Made by a program: the position numbers and the translations under genes
In this document: positions 40,476-52,381 of the stretch, piece after piece
How the letters are laid out: every line of letters starts with the position of its first letter
Numbering within the stretch: position 1 is the stretch's first letter
From: Lama guanicoe
Taxonomy: Eukaryota
DNA length: 64,000 bases
NCBI GenBank assembly: GCA_013239625.1
Contig: MU054049.1
Location: forward strand, 1,677,892 to 1,741,891
Direction of reading: 5' to 3'
Notes under the pieces: generated by a model
What the model was told of the DNA's origin: nothing
The model's database searches: none
The model's input: the letters and a program-made list of their open reading frames with translations, nothing else

Positions 40476-40745
40476 GTGCCCACCACCATGGAGATGTTTT
40501 GCTGCTACGGACCTGTGGTACCCAATGGGTATGGCGCCTGCTACAACCCCCAGCCAGAGAGCATCCTTTTCTGCATCTCCAGCTTCCATGGCTGCAAAGA
40601 GACCTCTTCAACCAAGTTTGCAAAAGCTGTGGAAGAAAGCCTCGTTGAAATGAGAGGCCTCTGCAGTCTGCCACAATCTGCCACGGAGAAGCCACTGGCG
40701 ACCAAGGAAAAAGTCATGAGGCCCAGCCAAGGGCATCAACCTTGA
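40476..40745 (+). CDS. CHAT: CHAT terminal coding exon (270 nt including TGA; exon 15 equivalent)
   Basis: ctcctccag|[58 protein letters not shown]...RPSQGHQP*. Confidence 0.97.
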   Translation: MPTTMEMFCCYGPVVPNGYGACYNPQPESILFCISSFHGCKETSSTKFAKAVEESLVEMRGLCSLPQSATEKPLATKEKVMRPSQGHQP

Positions 40746-43420
40746 CTGCTGCCACTAGGTTTCACCTCCCCAAACCCAACATTCTGCAGCTGTCCAATCC
40801 GACCGAAGCCCTGCTCCCAACCCTCACCCCAGTTTTCCGTAGCTCCCCTGTAACTCCAGGCCTAACACGCAGACCACACTGAGGCAACATGCAAAGCTGG
40901 AGTTTTAGGAGGAAAGTATCCCTCGTTATGCATGGGAATTATCATTATTAATCAAGCTGCCCTCTGACCTCTGCCCTGGGAAATAAGACCAGCCTGGCTC
41001 AGGGGTGGCCAGGGTGAGGTGCAGGAAGTCAGCCCCGATTTCCCTCCACGGCCACAGAACCTTAATGTTAGTGTTTGCTTCCTAGCAGGAACTGGCATGT
41101 CCAGGTGATGCTTTTGCCCAATGAAAGAATGAGTCACCTTATTATGTGCAATGTACCCAAATGAACCATGAAAGGTGAGGCTAACTCCAGGTCATTACCT
41201 AGTATCTTTTGGGGAGGAGTTTTCAGAGTTGAAGCAGCCTGATCATGGCATTCAGCACACACACACACACAGAGCCCAAGTTAATTTAAGATACAGTGAT
41301 CCGGGCCCACAAATACATTTCTCCTTTTTTGCCTCCCAGGGGCAGCCTGGGAGTTCTGAACTCATCCACTGAGTTCAGAATATCTGGTCCACCTATTCTG
41401 AAAGGGGAAAAAAAGGTCTGCCATTGCCCCGGGGTAGCTGCTGCTCCCGGCTTTCCCTGGGGGCGTGGTGGGGACCAGTCCACTTCCCTCGGGATCTTGC
41501 CACTTGCATTTTTTCTGGTTGTGTTCCCACTCGCCTTCACAAGAAACATGCCCTGATAGGTGATCAGCCTTTTAGAGGAGAGGAGAGAGGGGTGCTTCAG
41601 GGGTTTTCTGCGGCTGTTGTTTGTTTTGTTCATTCTTAAGAGAGGCTTTTAAGAAATTCACTGTGATGTGAATTTCAGAAAATGATTTCAGTGGCCTAAG
41701 CAGGACACCCTTGTTCAGCTGGGCTCCTTTGTGTGGGCGATGTTATCCAGGGATTCTGATTAAAAGCCATGTGGAAGGGCCCAGAGCAAGGCTGTGCACT
41801 GGCCTGGGGGCTGAGGGCACAGCTGGAGGGAGCAGGGCTGGGAGGAGGGAATGGGCTGCGTGCAGACTCAGGCCTGATAGAGAGGCCGACAGTCCACTGA
41901 GCCAGGGGGGAGACCGTCCAGAGAGGCTGTGATCGCAGAGGGGATATGAGAGAAACTTTCCACTGGGGCATATTTTTATGGGAAAGCAACCAGAAAAATC
42001 AAAACTGCAAATAGCTGGGGCAGCCTGCCTAGGTCCAGCAGAGGAGCAGAGGTGTGTCTCATCATGTTGAGTTCTGCCATGCTCCCTGCGGGGTTTTCTG
42101 AAAAAGCCCCCCTGCCTGCTGCCGTCTTGCTGTGTTCCATGTCATTCTGAGCCGTCCACTCTGGTCCAGGGACCCTGCATGTGTCCCTTCCTTGGACCAC
42201 CATGCGAGCTCTCTGCACTTCAACCTGTAATGAAGCAGGCAGACCTGAGACAGAGTAGGCATTCTGGCCTTTGCTGGGCTCGTTGAAAACACAAACATCT
42301 GTAAGCAGTAAATCCCGTGAGCCCCTGGTTTTAAGTTGAGGGGTTTCTATTGGATGATCAGGATGATTCCGGCCCTGCCCCTTCAAAGCCACTGGTCTGC
42401 AGGTCCATGCTCCTTCTCTCAGACGTCTACCTTCCTTCTCCCCCTGGGAAGGCACGGCCTAGGAGTCCTGGAAATGTTTGGGGAACTGCTGTCCACCTGC
42501 TGTAAGTTGACCCAAAGCTTCTTGTCTGTTCTCATCAAATGACCACAGTAGAGATCCAAGCTCTCTTCTGGTCTCTCTCCATGGATTCCTGGGCAGGCAG
42601 AGAGCTTTGGGATCAGGCAGCCACAATGACCTTGACCAAGAGACTTAAATGCTCAGACACTCAATTCTCTCCATTGTCCAATGGGGATGAGAGTGTCCTG
42701 GCCTCGTGAGGCTGTCACAATGGTAGGTCACGTGTGTAAAGGACCTTGCACAAGCAGGTGGGCACTGGTGCCTGCTGTCAGGGTGACAATACCCCAACGG
42801 GCATTGTTTGAGTGATGTTTGTTTCAAACTTTGTACACTGATTTGACAGGACCAAACTCACATCTGCCATTCTCTGAGCACAGGGAAAGGAAACTGACTT
42901 TGTGTATTCAGATGTCAATCACGTGTGGATGGCAGACATTTGGCAGGAGGGAACACCTCCTCTCTCTGAGGAAGGGCTGGAAGCTGGTCTTCCCCCTCCA
43001 AGAACAGGTGGGTGCACTGAGCCTTTACGCAAAGGCGCTGCTGAGCCATGGCCATGGGCATCTCTGCAGAGACCCTCGTAAAGAGACTGTTCCAGGTGTC
43101 CCCAATGGGGTAGAAAATGAGACTTGGAGACAGACCTTCAGGGACAGTGATGCATAATAAAAATGTACATGGCCACCTTACAATAACTGCTAAGTTGCCA
43201 AAATATATAAAGTTGAGATTTGAGTTCTATTTTTATAAAATAGTTCTAGATTTATGGCAATATGGACATGTGTATTTATAGCCTTTCAATTTTAAGTTAT
43301 AGTTTTGTGCTTTACAGAAATATATGTATGACTAAAGAACTGTATATTGAAAGCACTATATTCAAATTATTTAAAGACTGTAAGTCTATATTCAATAAAA
43401 AGTAATGCCAAGAAAGATGG
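40746..43420 (+). other. CHAT: Probable long CHAT 3' UTR (end approximate)
   Basis: Runs from the stop codon to an AU-rich block with two AATAAA hexamers and downstream GT-rich sequence. Confidence 0.65.
43394..43399 (+). terminator. Probable distal CHAT polyadenylation signal AATAAA
   Basis: Upstream TGTA elements (43271, 43325, 43341, 43379) and downstream GATGGTGTTGGCCATTGTGTCT; a second AATAAA lies at 43156-43161. Confidence 0.65.
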
Positions 43421-43744
43421 TGTTGGCCATTGTGTCTACACAGAAAATCTATAGAAATTTTGTTGTAAATTCTGGGAGCTGGGTCAGTGATTCATTTGCC
43501 TTTGTCTGAGGTCTGCCAGCAGCAGCAGCAGAAGTCTCAAAGACAGGGACCAGGGGAGAAAAAAGAGGAAAGAACTTAGCCCCTCCTAGTGTGTGGGCAT
43601 CCCACCACGGGGTTGGGGGAGGGGCAGAGAGGTTTCACCCGGTGTTTGTGATCAGGTTGGCGGAAACCTGGGTGTAGAGATGGTGTCTGCACTTAAGCCT
43701 GCACAAAGATGCACAGGCAGGATGGAACGGAAGGCAAAGCATCA

Positions 43745-43930
43745 GGCTCAGAGGTGGAATGCCTAAACTACCGATGTAGGTCTTTCTCTAACTTGCTGTG
43801 GACTTTGGGGCATCTCTCTCACCTCTCTAGCCCTCAGTTTCCTCATCTGTCAAATGGGGATGTTGATATCAGCATTACTCACTTCCAGAGTTGTGGCAAG
43901 ATGATGTAAGATGGTCGCTGTCTGAAAACT
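43745..43930 (+). mobile_element. MIR SINE
   Basis: CTTGCTGTGGACTTTGGG...CCTCAGTTTCCTCATCTGTCAAATGGGGATG core. Confidence 0.72.
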
Positions 43931-44834
43931 TAGGAAGTGATGTGAAAACCTAACAGTCTTATAAGCTCACAGGTCCATGGGCACACAGGTTCCTGCACCC
44001 TGCACAGCCCTGCACCCTGCGCAGATATATTCCAAGCTGCAAGAACCCCTCCACAGCCACAATAATCCACAGAACAAGAACTGAGATTCCTCCAAATGGA
44101 TGCCCCAGTGTTTTCCAATCAGAGTCAAAAGGGGACCTTAAAGTCTATGACTTTGTGTGATTTGGATGCGGAAAAGGCATTATCCAAAAAGATAATGGCT
44201 AAGAATAATATTCCAGGAGCAATGGAGGGGAAAGGAAAGAACAGGGTGAAAGTAATGTGGGTTTGCTCTCATTGATCACGTATATCACATGTGGCCCCAA
44301 AACAACCAGATGGAGATGACAGAGAGAGCAAAGTGCCAACAGGCAGATCAACCCCACAACGTGCAAAATAATGCCACCTGCTCCCGTCACCTCTGAAGGT
44401 CCTGTGGGGTGGATGCTGGTACATTCAGGTGAAAATATAGGGAGAAGTCTCTCCTGGGTTCACAAGAGCAACCACAAGTTTCCAAATTACTCCAAAGCAG
44501 TTCTCCTTGGGCGCAGAGGGAGAACCAGTACCTTGGGTTCCCTTTATAAATTCAGGCAATCTTCCCGCTTTTGTGTTTCTCTGAGTTTTCTTTCCAAAGA
44601 GGCCTCTTGAGTCCGCAGGATGAACACTGTGCCATTTGTGGGAAGAGCTGGGCTCACATGCCATTAAGAGGAACTTTCTAAAAACTCCGTTCTCTCATTT
44701 TCTAAGGACCAGCTCTCCTTGTTTTTTCCTACTGCTTCTTCCATCTCCTCATGGGATTTCACTTCCTATTTCTGTTCCTTGTATGTCATTGGACCCCAGG
44801 GTTCTGTCCTTGGACTCTATTTCTTATATTTAAG

Positions 44835-47800
44835 GAGCAGCAAAATGGTAGGCTGGGCTGATGCCAAAGGGCCCCCCTCCACCTATAAAAACATACACAC
44901 AAAGAGGAAAAATGCTCAAAATTATAGTCCAGTTCAAAAGAAAGAAAAGCAATCCTCACATTCCAGGGGGAAAAAAACAGTGTCCAAAACAGAGCAAGGA
45001 GCATGAGTGAAAGGGGTATCAGACCAGACACGGACTCCAGTGGTTGACAGTGGGCTTCTCCACTCCTGCAAGTTGAGAAGACATAACTTCAGCCCAGACA
45101 AGGTGGGAGATGCAGCTAAATGCCCTGCACAAAACCAGAACCTCACGGAGGTGTCCCAGCCCTGTAAAAACTGCAACACTCTTCCCATCAGCCCAGGGGA
45201 ACATTGAGGAACCATGCCAAGATGGTGGAAAAAGACATCCATGAGAAATTAAATTATAAACTTACGCCATTCGGGGATGTAGAGTCTGAATGTATCCAAC
45301 TTACCTGTGAAGCAGGAATTTCAAGCGAAGAATTTATTTAAATTGCCTGGCTCAGTAAGATCCAAAGGGCCTCAGCAGAATCAAATACAAAACTGTTTTC
45401 CACAACCCTGGACACACCAAATACCCTTAGGGGGAAAACACTCCATTAAACATGAGCTCACAGTCAAAAACTACAAAAAGCACAACAAACGGCAGCTCAC
45501 GGGAGGGAAGCAAGACAAAACAAACAGAAGAATAACATCAGGAAGGCTGGAGAAAACAGAGACAATGGAGGAAACACACTATTGAACGAGAAAATGGTTA
45601 AGAATATTAAAAAAAACCCCGCATCATTCTAAAACTCATGGTCAAAAAAGAAATAATAATGGAAATTTGAAAATACTTAGAGCAGAATAATAATAAAGAC
45701 ACCGCATATCAAAACTTCTGCGACACAGCTTTGAAGGGAATTTATACTTACATCAGAACAGAAGAAAGACTCAAAATGGATGAGCTAAGACTTAAAACAT
45801 AAGAAAAAGAATCAAACAGTAAAAGGAACAATAAACTCAAAGAAAGTAATAAAGATAAAAACAGCTATCAATGAAAGAGAAAACAGAAAACAACAGAGAG
45901 GCTTAAATAAAGGAAAAGTTGGTTCTTTAAAAAAGCTAACAAAATGGATAAGCCTCTGGTAAAACCAATAATAACAACGGAAGGTCAGAAATAAATAATA
46001 TTATGAATAAAAAGTTAACATAACTACAATAAAGTAGACAATAAAAAGATAGCAAAAAATACATCAACCACTTTATGCCAATAAATTTGAAAATTCAGAC
46101 TAAAAATAGAAAAATTCTTAGAAAAATATAATTTACTAAAACTGATGCAAGAAGAAATAAAATTCCTGGATAGTCTTACAAATAGTAAATAAACTGAAGT
46201 GGTAATTTTAAATCTTCTCATTCAGGGGAAAAAGGGAGGAGGGGAAGGAGAAGGAACATAAAATTGTATAGACATGCTCCACCAAACATTCAAAGAAGTG
46301 ATCATTTGATTTGTATACAAAATAAATAAGGGGATATTCCATCTTCTTCTATACTCTCTTATTTATTCCCTGAAGCTAGTGTAACTTTAACATCCATACC
46401 AGAGTAGAACATACAATAAAGAAAAACTACAGCCTCACTTAACTCATGCACATATATCCAAAAATCCTAAGTCAAATACTAGCAAACAAATTCTAACATA
46501 ATCTAAAAGAGACAATACACTCACGATCCATTCAGGTTTATCCAAGAATGCAAGATAGCTTAATATTAGAAGATATCTAAATGTCAGTTATTCATCAACA
46601 GCTTAAAGAATAAAAGTAATAGGATCATTCTAATCATTAAAATCACTAAAATGTATTCAAAAAATTCAACTCATTCATAATTTTTAAGAAATACTCAGAG
46701 TAACATGCAATTAGAAAAGAACCTAGCTTCACAAAGAACATCTATAAAAGACATACAATATATATCATCCTAAATAGGGAAATATTGGAAATGTTTTCTA
46801 TCCTTTAAAATCAGGGTAAAGACAGTATATGTACTCATCACTTTTATTCAATCATTGCACTAGGGGGTCTAGCCTGTGCAATAAGGAAAAATGAAAGGCT
46901 TAATAAAGTAAATAAAACTATCATTATTTGCAGACAATGTGACTGTCTACATAGAAAACCCAAAAGAATCTACAGATAAGTTAGTAGAAATTATGACAAG
47001 TTCAAGGTGGCTCATATAAGATCAATATAAGCCAACTTCATTTTATACTACAATAAAATCACAATGCAAAATACATGTCTTACAATAGAAACTTGTAAGC
47101 ATTCTAACAAAGACAGGAAGACCTATACACAGATAATTATCAAATACACTGAAAGACATTGAAGAGGATCTAAACAAAGGAGAGATTCTCCAATACAATA
47201 AATAGGAAGGTCTCAGAAAGATTCAGTTTTCCCCAAACTGATCTCCAGAGTCAATGCAACTGAGCAAAATTCTCAACGGGAAACTTCTGTTTCTGATAAT
47301 GGTGGAGTAGTTTGATTCAGACTGTGCTTCCTATACAAGACATATTTTAAAATATAGCATGTTTGGTTTTTTTCAGTCTCCTTGAAAAATCATAAAAGAG
47401 CTAACTGGATCAAGATCAGGGAAAGGATGAAAGTAAGCATAGAACTGGAGATGATTTTCCTCTAGAGCTATCCAGTGATCTTGAATAGGCAACCTAGAGG
47501 ATGAGATGCAATTTTGAGTTTGCAGAGTTAGGTTTATAGAAATTGGATCTAGCACTACCAAGGGGGAGTCCTGGTAAGCCACCACCCACCACCGCCATTG
47601 GGCTAGGGCCCCAAAAGACTGCACCACAGAAATGAGGAAAAAATATAAGTAAACCAACCTCCATATGGACTGCAGCCCAGTTTCAGGCCATCTGGAAGGC
47701 TCCGAAAATCTCAAGCCCTTAAATTCTATTAAGATGACCCTGTGTTGCTGGTGCTACAGAACCCGGCAAGAAGTGAAGAAAAAGGCTTCTGTAGAGGAAG

Positions 47801-48480
47801 ACAACATCATCCTCAGCCTCAAATTGTTTCTACAAATAATTCTTCTAAGCCAATATCCAGTACACGATCAAAATAAACCAAGAACTCTAGGAGACAAGAC
47901 GAAATGGCAGAAACCAGCAGAAATCATAACAGAAACAGACACTTGAGGCCTCCAGGTAGTGGAATTCTCCAACACAGACTATAAAATAAGACTATGATCA
48001 AGATGATAAAATCAGATCTAAAAAACCTGGCAAGAGACTGAAAACTATAAAAAAGTGGTGCAGCAGATATGAAAAGGGGCCAAGATTGAAACTAAAATTC
48101 TAGAATTGAAGAATTAAAAAATTTCTTAAATAAAGAGTGATGGCTTTGATAGTAGTAGACACAGCTGAAGAGAAAATTAGTAAACTGGACTACTGATAAA
48201 ATTGAATGAATGAATGAATACATAAATACACACAATCCCAAAAGAAGCATAGAAGAAAGAGAGAAAAACACAGGAGAGAAGAGAGTGTGAAGAATACATT
48301 GAGAAAGTCTAACACACATTTAACTGGAGTCTCTGAAAAGTGAGAAAATGGATAGAAGCAATATGTGAAGAGCTAATAGCTCAAATTATTCTGAAACAGG
48401 TGAAGGACTTAAATTCACAGTTTCAAGAATCCCACCAAATCCCAGGCAAGATAAATAAAAAGAAATCTATACATATCGCC
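44835..48480 (+). mobile_element. Cluster of decayed L1 (L1ME-like) fragments between CHAT and C10orf53
   Basis: ORF2-like A-rich sequence at ~45590-47280, then a second 5'/ORF1-like piece from ~47283; many stops. Confidence 0.75.
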
Positions 48481-48913
48481 TTATAAAGGTTTCCAGAAGT
48501 TTCATGTCTAACTTGCCTCATAAGGTTACTTGGCCCCTCTGAGACTCAGTTTTATAAATACAACCTACTTCATAGGAATGGTTAAATGATAAATGCTTAG
48601 CTTGTCCCCTGACATAAACTTTCTGTAACTAGCTGTCAATGTTGGCTATTGTTATTTATCATGAACACTTGCCATACCAGGTTGAAATTCCGTGTCTACC
48701 GGGCAGTGAGGGTCATGAGAGTGGCCTCCGACCACCACTACACGTTTCTGCACCCTAGCGGAGGACATACAGTAGGTGGTACAGGCATTCAAGAAGGGAG
48801 ATTCCTCATCCCCCCAAGTCCCCAGTCCAGGCACACAGCAGGGGACTGGGGTTGTACATGAAGATCCTCGAGCTCCACCTCACAACCCTCCATGGCCCCG
48901 CCTATCCATGCAT

Positions 48914-48958
48914 GGCCACGCCCACTCCCAAGAACCTGAAAAGCGGTTGCCTAGCAGT
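48914..48958 (+). promoter_or_regulatory. C10orf53 proximal promoter elements: SP/KLF GT-box (GGCCACGCCC, 48914-48923) and RFX X-box-like site (GTTGCCTAGCAGT, 48946-48958)
   Basis: Motif matches 37-81 nt upstream of the ATG; no TATA box seen. Confidence 0.6.
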
Positions 48959-48994
48959 GCATATTGCGCAGTCGCCCCTGTAGGCAGCCCAGCC

Positions 48995-49091
48995 ATGCCC
49001 AAGAACGCGTTGGTCATCATACGCTATGGGCCATACAGCTCAGTCGGCCTGTCAGTGGAGCACCGAACCTATCGCCTGGAAGGCCTGCTAG
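48995..49091 (+). CDS. C10orf53: C10orf53 orthologue (UPF0728 protein), first coding exon (97 nt)
   Basis: Kozak gccATG; MPKNALVIIRYGPYSSVGLSVEHRTYRLEGLL; donor TAG|gtaggc; position downstream of CHAT matches known synteny. Confidence 0.92.
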
Positions 49092-50369
49092 GTAGGCAGC
49101 TAAGCGCCGAAGGGCCACCCAGCTGCGTGTGCCCAGGTGCACACCAGCCTCTGAGCATCTGTGCAAGCTATGTCCTCTGCCTAGACGTCCTTCCTACCTC
49201 AGCCCTAGGCCAGTGCTGCCTCCTCTGGAAAGTCTTCCCTGAGCCTCCACAACCCCAGGATGATTTAGCATCTTCCTCTGGCTTCCACTGCTTCAACATT
49301 AGAGTAGGAATAAACAGGCACTGTGAGCCCACTGGGTGCTGGCAAGTAGCTGCAAGTTACCTGGATAGAAAGGATTCTATAACCTGTTTTACACATTGGG
49401 AAACTGAGGATCAGGAATATTAAGTGAATTTTCCAAGGTAATATGACTGGAAAAATGTGGAGAATCTATCCCTTGATCATTCATTCATGCAACAAACTTT
49501 TACTGAGCACCTAGTATGTCTTGGACACTCTTCCAGGTACTGGAGACACACTGGTGAACAAGATATATGTCCTTGAAGTGACTTTCTCATCGTTGACTAC
49601 TAATTGACAGTTATGCCAAACCTCTGACAAGGAACGCAATTATAGTGGGACCTGCCACTGGCCATAATTGGAGGTGAGAGGGGAGAGATCTAGAAAGGTG
49701 TACTTGCCTGAATTACATTTGAGTTGAGCTTTAAAGAATAAGGAGAAACTAACCAGGTAAAGGGAAGAAAGAGCATTCCAGGCAGTGAGACTAAATATTT
49801 TAAAAGGCTGGAAGCATGAATAGATGATGTATGTACTGATGGGAGGATGAGGATGGAAAAAGCCCAGGACTGAGTCTTCATGAACTCCATTATATGACCC
49901 AAACCTGGGATCTCCCAGGGAAAATGTCTGTGGGAGTCCACGGGACACATAACTGGCAATCTGGGAGGGCCTTCTGGAGGAGGTGGCATTTGAGTTCCAG
50001 AATAAGTAGGATTATTTGGAGAATAAGCAGGATTTCAATCAGCAGAGAAAGTTGCTTTCTCAAGAGAACAGTTGCTTGAGAAATTTCTATCATAAATCTC
50101 AGTGTTTTTTGGCGATGTTTAAAATGTTTTGTAGTCTTGGCTAAGGACACTGCCTAAACTGACTTTTTGCTTCCTTCTCCTCTAATGAGCCCCACACACT
50201 GACCCCTCACTTCATAACCCACCTTTCGTTTATGTTCACTAGATGATGAGAGTAAGCAGCTACAACATTTAAAAAAAAAAATAAGGTGGATCTTGAACTG
50301 CTGCCAAAGAGTCTACATTTAAGAGATCTCTGAGCCTTCTAATTTTCTGTCTCTAGGCTTTTGACTTTT

Positions 50370-50537
50370 TTTGTCTCTTTTTTTTAAACATTTTTTATTG
50401 ATTTATAATCATTTTACAATGTTGTGTCAAATTCCAGTGTTCAGCACAACTTTTCAGTTATGCATGAACATATATATATATTCATTGTCACATTTTTTTC
50501 TCTGTGAGCTACCATAAGATTTTGTGTATATTTCCCT
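50370..50537 (-). mobile_element. Young 5'-truncated L1 3' end (camelid L1-like)
   Basis: Poly(T) plus L1 3' UTR; TSD ggcttttgac(t/c)ttt at 50356-50369 and 50538-50551. Confidence 0.88.
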
Positions 50538-50640
50538 GGCTTTTGACCTTTATAGAAAGTTTTTTCTTTGCTTCAGGCTTAGGGAGTAGCAGCTCCTCTT
50601 CCCCAACCTAGTCTCATATTTTCTGCCCTATTTCAGGTCT

Positions 50641-50665
50641 CTTTCTTTCTTTCTTTCTTTCTTTC
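50641..50665 (+). repeat. (CTTT)n microsatellite derived from an L1 tail
   Basis: ctttctttctttctttctttctttc. Confidence 0.88.
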
Positions 50666-50775
50666 GGTAGCATATTTTTACTGTGATAAAATATATGTAA
50701 CATAAAATTTGCCATTGGAACCATTTTAAGTGTACAATTCAGTGACATTAATGACATTCAAAATGTTGTATAATC

Positions 50776-50933
50776 GGGGGAGAGTATAGCTCAGTAGCAG
50801 AGTGCGTGCTTAGCTTGCACAAGGTCCTGGGTTGAATCCCACCGTACCTCCATTAAATAAATAAGTAAATAAATAAACCTAATTACCTCCCCCTCCAAAA
50901 GAGAACAAAAACAAACACTAAAAGCTTTTTTAA
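50776..50933 (+). mobile_element. tRNA-derived SINE, long form, inserted in L1 3' end
   Basis: GGGGGAGAGTATAGCTCAGTAGCAGAG...GGGTTGAATCCC; TSD aaaatgttgta(t/c)aa at 50760 and 50934. Confidence 0.9.
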
Positions 50934-52140
50934 AAAATGTTGTACAACTGTCACCACTACCTATTTTCCAAAATTTTTCAATACATCAAACAAACTGAAT
51001 CCACTCTGTATTCTCCCAGCTCCTGCTAGCTTCCAGCCTACTTTTTGTTTTTATGAATTTGCCCATTCTAGATATTTTATGTAATAAAAATCATACATTT
51101 CTCCTTTTGTGTCTGGCTTATTTCACGTAACATAGTATCTTTCAAGGTTCATCCATGTTGTAACATGTATTAAGACTTCATTTCTTTCTACCGCCAAATA
51201 GTATTCTATTGTATGCTTATACCACATTTCGTTTTTCCATTCATCTGTTAATGGACACTTCAGTTGTTTCCTGCTTTTGGTTACTGTGAATAATGCTGCT
51301 ATGAACATAAGTGCACAAGTATCTGAGTTCCTGTTTTCAATTTTTATGGGTGCAGTTGCTGAATCATATAGGAATTCTATGTTTAATTTATTGAGGAACT
51401 TACCAAACTGCTTTCTACAGCAGCTGCACCATTTTACATTACCACCAGCAATGTATGAGGTTCCAATTTCTCCACCTTCTTACCAATACTTGTTCTTTCT
51501 CGTCTTTCTTTTCTTTTTCAAATTATAGCCAACCTAGTAGGTGTGAAATGGAATCTCACTGTGGTTTTTATTTGCATTTCTCTAGTGACTAATGGTGCTG
51601 AGCATCCTTTCATGTGCTTATTGGCTGTTTATCTGCCTCTTTCGAGAAATGTCTGTTTAAGTCCTTTGCTCATTGTTTAAATGGATTGTTCTTTTTGTTG
51701 TTGAGTTGGAAGAGTTCTTTATATTTTCTGGATACTAGACCTTTATCAGATACATGATTAGCGAAAAATTTCTCCCATTTTACAGATTATCTTTTCACTT
51801 TCTTAATAATGTCCTTTGATGCACAAAAGTTTTTATTTTTAATGAAGTTCAATTTTCTTTTTTTCTTTTGATGTTTAAGAAATATTTGCCAAATCTGATG
51901 TCATTCAGATTTTCCCCTATGTTTTCTTCTAAGAGTTTCATAGTTTCTACATTTAGACCTTTGATCCATTTTGAGTTAATTTTTATATATAGTATAAGAA
52001 AAAAGGTCTAATTTCCTTCAAAAGACATTCATGTGGATATCCAGTTTTCTGAGTACAATTTGTTAAAGAGACTGTCCTTTGCCCATTGAATAATCCTGGC
52101 TCTCATGACAAAATCAATTGACTATTAATGTGATGGTTTA

Positions 52141-52381
52141 CTTTGTTGCCAGAGGGGTGGGGGGTGGGAAGGGATAGACTGGGATTTCAAAATTGTAGAA
52201 TAGATAAACAAGATTATACTGTATAGCACAGGGAAATATACACAAAACTTTATGGTAGCTCACAGAGAAAAGAATGTGACAATGAGTGTGTATATGTCCA
52301 TGTATGACTGAAAAATTGTGCTGAACACTGGAATTTGACACAACATTGTAAAATGATCATAAATCGATAAAAAATGTTAAA
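52141..52381 (+). mobile_element. Young 5'-truncated L1 3' end, same family as 50370-50537
   Basis: GGGTGGGAAGGGATAGACTGGGA...AATGTTAAAAAA; 31-bp flanking direct repeat. Confidence 0.9.

Noticed and set aside
48776..49423. 215-aa ORF spanning C10orf53 exon 1, with in-frame ATG at 48908
   Set aside because: Only 48995-49091 matches the protein; the upstream ATG precedes the likely promoter elements and the 3' part reads through the donor into intron
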